A stretch of DNA of 64,000 nt, from assembly GCA_963663805.2 (NCBI GenBank), contig CAXXMR010000014.1, positions 28,030 to 92,029 on the forward strand, written 5' to 3'. Numbering within the stretch: position 1 is the first letter of the stretch; each line of letters starts with the position of its first letter. The translations under genes were made by a program, and so were the position numbers. Positions 58,037-64,000 of the stretch are shown one piece after another. Origin of the DNA: Sedimentisphaerales bacterium (GTDB lineage Bacteria; Planctomycetota; Phycisphaerae; Sedimentisphaerales; SM23-30). The notes beneath the pieces were generated by a model that did no database searches, was not told the origin of the DNA, and was given only the letters and a program-made list of their open reading frames with translations.

Positions 58037-59564
58037 GAGACTGTAGCATAGATACCGGCATTTTTAATGAGATTTTCGCAAATTAGCCGATAAAACTCCT
58101 GGAAGAACAGACCAGTGGAATTTTCCAGGAGAGACGATTATGGCTGGGCCAGGCGAATACGTATCCGATATAACCGAAGGTATTACTGGTGTTGAAGATT
58201 TACCGAAAGCAAAAATCAAACGGCGTTCACGCACCTACAAAAAGCGTCCTTGCCCCCATTGCGGCCACTCGTCGTATCGAGACAAAGTCTTCAGGCGAAA
58301 ACTGCATGACCTCGGAGACCTGGCTGCCAACCGTCCCATCGAGATTTGGGTCAGCTATTCACAGCATCGTTGTTCAAAATGCAAACGATACTTCAATGCC
58401 GACCTCACTGATCTTGCGGACCCCGGCTGTCACTATACCCGTCGGGTTGTTCACCTGGCCGTGCGTTTGGTTGTGGAGGACGGCCTGCCGTACCGCCCGG
58501 CATCATGGCACTTGTGGCGAGACCACAGAGTTTTTGTCCCTTGGGCTACAATTCAAAACTGGGTTGAGGCGACGGGGAAAAAAAGCTGAGCAACGAATTA
58601 CAACTGAGTACCTTGATGGTGTTCTGGCTGATTTCTCCGGCTATATTGCAGCGGACGAATTATATGATGGGCCATTCTGCGTCTTATCCATAGTGGATAA
58701 CCACACCTTCAAACGGCTCATCTACGAGGTTCTTGACCATAATCCCACTCATGAAGATATAACAAACTTTTCCTTTCGGTTTCGGACCGAACTGGTACAA
58801 AGAACGCTGACATTACGGGTGTTACGACCGACGGCTCGCCTTTATATCCGGAGCCATTGGCGCTGATATTTCCTGACGCTGCTCATCAGGTGTGCGAATT
58901 TCATGTCCTCAAGGAGATCAACAGAGAAATACTCAAAGCTGTTACGAAAGTACGACGAGAGCTCAAGGCAAAGTTGCCCAAGCTGAAACGTGGCCGTCCA
59001 TCGTCTTCTTCCGCGAAGAAAGCGGCATCACGCAAGAAGAAACAGGAAAAGAAAATTGCCGATCTGTTTGAGCACAGATATTTATTTGTACAACATTCAT
59101 TGAGTTCGAAGGATAAGAAGAAGTTTTTGCATATAACCAGAGGCTTGCCAAACCTGAGAAATTTACGCTCGATCATGGATCAGGTTTATCGTCTTTTTGA
59201 CCGTCGTTGTCGAACGGAACGGCATTGGATAAAGTTGGCTGTGTTACGCCGGCGAATTGGGCGATTCAAAACCTTGCGACAGACTCTTAAGAAATTGTTC
59301 ACCCCCAATATCGAAAAGGCGGTTGACCTTCCTTGATGATTCACAACTGCCGTCAACGTCCAACGCGGTTGAACGGGGCTATCGCCGCCATCGAAAAATG
59401 CAGAAGAGTGTCTATCGAGTGCGAACTCAAACCAATATCAGCCAGCGGGTGGCTATTGATATGCAGCGTGACGAGCAGTCCCCAAGGCCGTTTACGAACT
59501 ACAACAACACTTCATGAAGAAAGGACTGGAATGCTATGTTGCCGGTAAAGATGCTACAGAGTCT
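58037..59564 (+). mobile_element. ISL3-like insertion sequence (family assignment tentative)
   Basis: Imperfect inverted ends GAGACTGTAGCATAGATACCGGCA (58037-58060) and TGCCGGTAAAGATGCTACAGAGTCT (59540-59564). The direct duplication GTATTTT lies at 58030-58036 and 59565-59571. Confidence 0.75.
58140..59517 (+). pseudogene. DDE transposase with a zf-ISL3-like N-terminus, broken by at least 3 frameshifts
   Basis: CPHCG...HRCSKCKRYF zinc-finger pair, GVTTDGSPLYP, AHQVCEFHVLKEI and LPSTSNAVERGYRRHRK motifs are spread over frames 3-1-3-1. The frame switches fall at an A7 run (58578-58584), a G3 run (58817-58819) and GG (about 59320). Confidence 0.75.
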
Positions 59565-60037
59565 GTATTTTTAATATTTTTCACCATTATCTATTCAGGT
59601 TGGCCCAATATTAACGGGGCATATTTATTAGCATGCTGTTTCTTTGGCCTATCGCAAATATTTGGGCCGGGTGCTGGTTATAGTCGTGATACAGTTCCTT
59701 TACGGGATAAGATTTTGGAGGGCCTAGTTCTGGGTTTTATTTTTGCCATACTTGCCAAGCATATTTTGATATTGCACCATTTTGGTTTGTCCGACATAAA
59801 AGTGTTAGTGTCCTCAGTATGGCTAGGTAAAGCTTGGCTATACTATATTTTTAGTAGCTTTCTGGTTCATGTTATGCTTTGCTATCCGGTCTATATATCA
59901 TAAGCGAAAAAATACTGTAATTGTCAAGCAAGCGTGATACCGCTTTTGAGCGGCTGAAATTTGACAATTTGGTGAATTAAAGGTTCCCGGTGCTTTTTTT
60001 GATGGGCGGAATTTAATGTACCCGGTACATTTTCCCA

Positions 60038-60339
60038 CTCCACTCCCCAACCACCGTCCATCAGAGCCGCGCACGTAAGTAAGCGGTGCCGTTAATTAAA
60101 CCACTCCGACCAAAGTTCGCCCCGCACCGTCGCCCAAACCCCAGCTCAAAACACCCGTTGCGTCACTACCGTTAAAGACCCCAGAGGGGCATAGGGGATG
60201 GTGTCCAAAAACCTGTCCAAGCCCGTCCAGTTTTGTCCACCTCGTCCAGCCAGTCCACTCCGCCCACAAAAGCCCCACCAAAAACAGGAATTTTTCCAGA
60301 AAAATTCATCCAAAATCCAAAAAAACCAAAAAAAAATCG
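60038..60339. repeat. 570-bp element, copy B, left part (reverse orientation relative to copy A)
   Basis: Reverse complement of about 28830-29127. It is truncated by the IS4-family insertion at 60340. Confidence 0.9.
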
Positions 60340-61810
60340 CAATCCTGTTCGGCACATTTATTGCTCAAATACAGTTTTTCTGTGGTCTTTGCAGTTCATA
60401 TGATTTAGCGGGGATTATCCCATCAGTGGGACTGTCGGCACTGGTTATTTTGGCGCCAGCATCAGCGGCAGCGGCGATTTTTTTGAGGATCGGCCTTAGT
60501 TTTGGCTTTGGAGTTTATTGATATGGTTCTGCATTTCTTGCTCGTCGGCCATGCCGCAGAGGTGCCAGCAGAGCATTTCGTAGGTTCTTAAAGTTGGTTT
60601 TTTGCCCGTCCACAGGCTGATCAGCATACAGGCGATAATCGCGGCGTACATCTGTAGTTCGATACCGTTTTCGCAGAGGCCTTAGCAGATGTCGGCAGCC
60701 CAGCACATGCTTAAAAAAGCGGAAAAATATTTCGATGGCCCAGCGTTTCTGATAGAGCAGGGCAATGACTTCGGCGTCCAGGTCCAGCCGGTCGGTGGCA
60801 ATCAAAATCATCTCACTCTGACGTGGTCCCTGGCCCCGTTTCAAATGCGGTTGACATTCAACCGCTATCAGGCGTAACGGTTGTTTGAAATCTTCCCGCA
60901 GTTTTTCACTGCTGCCGGCGATTACCGTACGATCAAAAATTATCCCCGCTTTTCGAGCATCTTCAGTTAAAGGTTTTTCCCTGAATAGTTTCGTAAACCC
61001 GTATCCTCACGCAGCCGACAGACAAAAGAGCTTTTTACTATCCACAATGGCCTGAAACAGCTTAAAACAGCAAGCATATCCGCGATCATTGACATAAATC
61101 CGGCCGGGCTGAAGATTCTCTAAAAAAACCTTTCGCTCATCAGACTTGTCTTCACTGATATTTATTTTCAGAGGCACATATTTTTCCAGATCAAACTGAG
61201 TGTGTGCTTTAATTCCGGGTTTGTCGGTGTCCCAGGCAGCCTGAGTGAGTTTTTGCAAAGCCTGAATACTGCTGCCGTCCACCAGGGGTAATGATCCTGA
61301 CCGACTTCCAGTTTTTTGTCCTGAGATATCGGCCCTAACTGCTCAGTGAGTTGAGCGATTATCGGCCTCTAACAAAGAACTCTCAAAAACCCGGGATGCT
61401 TCCGAAAGCGAACCCAGCGAACCCAGCGAAGCACGCGAACAACCCAACAGCCGCTGTACCTTTTTGAGCTCGCCGGCCTGCTGCAAAGACCGGATGGAAC
61501 TGCAGATCGGATTGAACATGTATAACAGCAGCAGACTGACATACTGGTCCATGAATAATGTGCGATTGCCGGCCTGGTCCCGCTCACATCCCGCCGAGTG
61601 AAGACCTTTCAGCAGAGCCGAGAGGGACTTGAAATACTTGAACCCACGCAGGTCCCGCTCCTTGATTTTCTGACGCTTAGCACTCATGCCTCCTATTAGA
61701 GCATAAATATCCCTCGAGCGCAAATTACCTATCTTAACATTTCGGGTTTTTTTTTAAAAAAATACAGGAGGCCAAAAGCCTAAAGCAATAAATGTGCCGA
61801 ACAGGATTGG
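60340..61810 (-). mobile_element. IS4-family insertion sequence (~1.47 kb) inserted into the 570-bp element
   Basis: Perfect 24-bp terminal inverted repeats AATCCTGTTCGGCACATTTATTGC (60341-60364 and the reverse complement of 61785-61808). The 9-bp duplication AAAAAATCG lies at 60331-60339 and 61811-61819, and that sequence occurs once at the equivalent site of copy A. Confidence 0.85.
60496..61687 (-). pseudogene. IS4-family (DDE_Tnp_1-like) transposase, disrupted
   Basis: Fragments 61343..61723, 61007..61282 and 60515..60844 carry LVDGSSIQAL, YVNDRGYA and LLYQKRWAIEIFFRFFK (YREK-type) motifs. There are in-frame TGA codons and several local frame changes. AGGAGG precedes the ATG at 61687. 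The authentic C-terminus appears to continue in another frame to 60496. Confidence 0.75.
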
Positions 61811-62105
61811 AAAAAATCGTCAAAAATCGGTCACCCCAGCCCAAACCGCGCCGAAAACCCCCACCGCAAAACACGACTTTGCCACCGCAATAATCGCCCC
61901 AAACAGGCATATTCACACCCAAAATCCCCCGCCCACTGCCCCAAAACACTCTTTTTACCCCCCCAAAATCCCCAATCGCGCTGATTTCGCCCCCTTCAAA
62001 TTGCGCATTAAGGAGAATCCACCACCCGAAAAAACCCGTTTTAAGCCCCAATCGCGACTACGAAGTCACCCTCGCGCTCACAAAAATAAGCACTTACAAC
62101 AGCAT
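61811..62105. repeat. 570-bp element, copy B, right part
   Basis: Reverse complement of about 28559-28850. It ends 2 nt from the stop codon of the hydrolase gene at 62108. Confidence 0.9.
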
Positions 62106-62107
62106 CT

Positions 62108-62887
62108 CTAATCCAGCGAATCAGCAAAACTATCCAGCACTTCCCAGTATTCCTCCCCCGCCACACTTCTCAACGTCGAATGTTCCCCCTCATCCACCCA
62201 GAAACACCGTTTCGGCTCCGCCGCCTTGTCATACATCCGCTGCCCGTGGTCAAACTTAACCAGCTTATCCTTCTTCCCATGCATAATCAGAACCGGACAG
62301 TTCACATTAGCTATCTTCTGCTCATTCAAGAACTTATCGAACGGCAAATGCAAATGATTCAGCACTACCTGAAACGCCGAAACAAACCCGCCCTCCAATA
62401 TCAGCCCCGCCACCGGCATCTCCACCGCCAAATCAGTCGCCGGGCCACTGCCCAGCGAATAACCATACAATATCACGTCACCAGCCTTAAAACCTTTATC
62501 ATCAAGCAGATAGCGATATATCAACCGCGAATCCGCAAATACGTTCTCTTCGCTGGGCCGCCCCGTACTAACCCCGTAACCCCTGTAGTCCCAAGCTATT
62601 ATCGAATATCCCCGCCCCGCGGCTTCATCCATAAACCCCTTAATCGTCCCCAAATCCTCGTTATTGCCGTGAAAATAAAGAATTACCTTCTCAGCCCCCG
62701 CCCCCTCAACATAACGATAAGCCAACTCCGCCCCATCAGCCGTCACCATTTTCTCCAAACCCGCCAGTTCAGTATAACTCCGCCGCTGCGGAAATATCAT
62801 TCGATGCACCGTCCCACACCCCAAAACCAACAAAAATAACACCGAACAGCCTATAGCTATACTTATTCGTTTAACTTTTTTCGCCAC
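62108..62887 (-). CDS. alpha/beta hydrolase (serine hydrolase)
   Basis: 259 aa with an N-terminal anchor/signal, HGNNEDLG and the nucleophile elbow GYSLGSG. Confidence 0.8.
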   Translation of the reverse strand: MAKKVKRISIAIGCSVLFLLVLGCGTVHRMIFPQRRSYTELAGLEKMVTADGAELAYRYVEGAGAEKVILYFHGNNEDLGTIKGFMDEAAGRGYSIIAWDYRGYGVSTGRPSEENVFADSRLIYRYLLDDKGFKAGDVILYGYSLGSGPATDLAVEMPVAGLILEGGFVSAFQVVLNHLHLPFDKFLNEQKIANVNCPVLIMHGKKDKLVKFDHGQRMYDKAAEPKRCFWVDEGEHSTLRSVAGEEYWEVLDSFADSLD

Positions 62888-63168
62888 TTAACCACCTGTC
62901 CCTAAATAAGTTGTAAAACATGCCCGCAAGTATACCCCTGGCCGGCCATTTATTAATCTACTTTTTGCTGGACCTCAAAATAACCGACGATAAACTGAAT
63001 ACTCAAGGTTTTTCGCCGTAATTGAACATATTTATTTGCCGCAACCACAGCTACTTTAATATAGGCAAATTTTTTTTAGGATTTTTATCTAGCCTAAATT
63101 ACGCATTTTTACTATAATCCTCGTCACATTCGGATTTGGTATTGCCAAAATAGAGAAAGGAGTCTCAA

Positions 63169-64000
63169 ATGCAATTCTCAAAAACGTCCCTCACCGTCCT
63201 TTTTGCGATCTTGGCCTTGATTTCCGCCCACGCCTTCGCCGCTGAAACGTATTATGTAAGTGCCACGGAACCCGCCGACTACACCACCATCCAGGCTGCT
63301 CTCGACGACGCCAACGGCATACTAGGTGACGTAGTTATTGTCATGGACGGCACTTACACCGAAGACCTGACCGTCGCCACCGGCGTTATACTCAAAAGCG
63401 TGAACGGCTCGGGCGCTACAACCATCCAGTTAATTGACCAGACCGGTATCGAAGTGGATGCTGACGCTGACGGTTTTTACGCTCGGCGGAACAGTCGACC
63501 AGGGCTTCGCCATCATTGCCGGCACCGATACCACCACTGTAATTGACAGTGCCGCAGATAACCTGGTAATATCTTACAATGATTTCATAGTCCAGGGGAT
63601 GGCCTCTACCGGAATCAATCTTGGTTCGGTTACCGGGTCAGCAACCATCACTCAGAATGATTTCACTACCGACCTGAACAATTTTACCTTCATTACCGGC
63701 AGCAGCCTTAACTCCCTGATTCTGAGAAACAATTTATTTGCCGCTCAGGTTGGTTCATACGCCACCACGGCCCTGGATGTCACCGGCCTGACAGGCAGTT
63801 CACAGATTAGCGACTGCTCATTTGTTAATTTTGACATCGCTATCAATCTCGCTAACGGTGCGGGTCTTTCTAATCTGTCCATCAGTGATTGCCAATTAAC
63901 CGGTAATAACAAAGGTATCGTTTTTGCCGAAGCAACCGGAGCAACAGGTAATATAAGCGAGGTTTCAGTTACGACAACACTGTTTGTGGACAGCACCACG
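63169..64000 (+). CDS. secreted right-handed beta-helix (PbH1-like) repeat protein; apparent frameshift at a T5 run; 3' end outside the window
   Basis: Signal peptide (LFAILALISAHAFA). ORF 63169..63546 terminates early. Removing one T at 63474-63478 gives ..DGFTLGGTVDQGFAIIAG.. and an open frame to 64000 with periodic ISYNDF, ITQNDF, LRNNLF, ISDCSF and ISDCQL repeats. Confidence 0.7.

Larger units (their letters stand above)
58003..59903 (+). pseudogene. small (~121 aa) multi-TM membrane-protein gene interrupted after codon ~11 by an IS
   Basis: 58003-58036 (MGKYIYNSVVF..) and 59565-59903 are in phase across the 7-bp duplication. Removing 58037-59571 restores one ORF, MGKYIYNSVVFLIFFTIIYSGWPNING...PVYIS. 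Confidence 0.65.

Noticed and set aside
58578-58584. Programmed ribosomal frameshift at the A7 run of the ISL3-like transposase
   Set aside because: The required shift is +1, not -1, relative to the upstream frame. Two further frame changes occur at non-slippery sites. A sequencing indel or decay explains all three more simply. Transcriptional slippage is not excluded.
59919-59969. Terminator after the small membrane-protein gene (AATTGTCAA...TTGACAATT 9-bp stem with an inner CCGC/GCGG)
   Set aside because: The hairpin is real, but no U-tract follows it and the loop is long. This is insufficient to call an intrinsic terminator.
1-64000. tRNA, rRNA, tmRNA, RNase P and CRISPR arrays
   Set aside because: A visual scan found no T-arm-like GGTTCGAATCC-type boxes in a tRNA context, no rRNA-like conserved blocks and no spacer-separated repeat arrays. 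A tRNAscan/Infernal run would be needed to be certain.

Overview
This looks like a 64-kb chromosomal window from a Planctomycetota-like (possibly Phycisphaerae-like) bacterium. That placement is inference from an LExRxLL-type N-terminal motif, PPC/dockerin giant proteins and gene content. Most of the window is ordinary. Core genes are purH, polA, smc, two PLP aminotransferases, a homocysteine S-methyltransferase-domain protein and a flavoprotein. Signalling genes are a HisKA_2 kinase plus a hybrid kinase, two tandem STAS proteins, and a cheW / Cache protein / MCP operon with a second MCP. Transport and catabolism genes are a MacAB-TolC-type efflux operon, a sodium:solute symporter with a small accessory ORF and a porin, and an iorAB-paaK-ACT-paaK-paaI aryl-acid cluster.

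Three insertion sequences can be delimited to the base. An intact IS66 element sits in the loop of an intrinsic terminator. An ISL3-like element splits a small membrane-protein gene. An IS4-family element splits a repeat.

The least explained signal is a ~570-bp, strongly G/T- versus C/A-skewed, apparently non-coding element. It occurs as two near-identical inverted copies (28559-29127 and 60038-62105) that bracket ~31 kb, and shorter related stretches occur in other intergenic regions. Other items worth follow-up are:
- an extracytoplasmic Cache protein with a CheD-like C-terminal domain inside the che operon
- a nested-hairpin candidate RNA in an AT-rich islet upstream of a 20-aa plus ~121-aa two-ORF module
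- a hairpin-rich ~205-bp insert flanked by a perfect 10-bp direct repeat
- a perfect TGTGA-N6-TCACA site

Several frameshifts fall in short homopolymers, so pseudogene calls need read-level confirmation. I recognised no rRNA, tRNA or CRISPR array. No complete novel multi-gene system can be demonstrated from the sequence alone.
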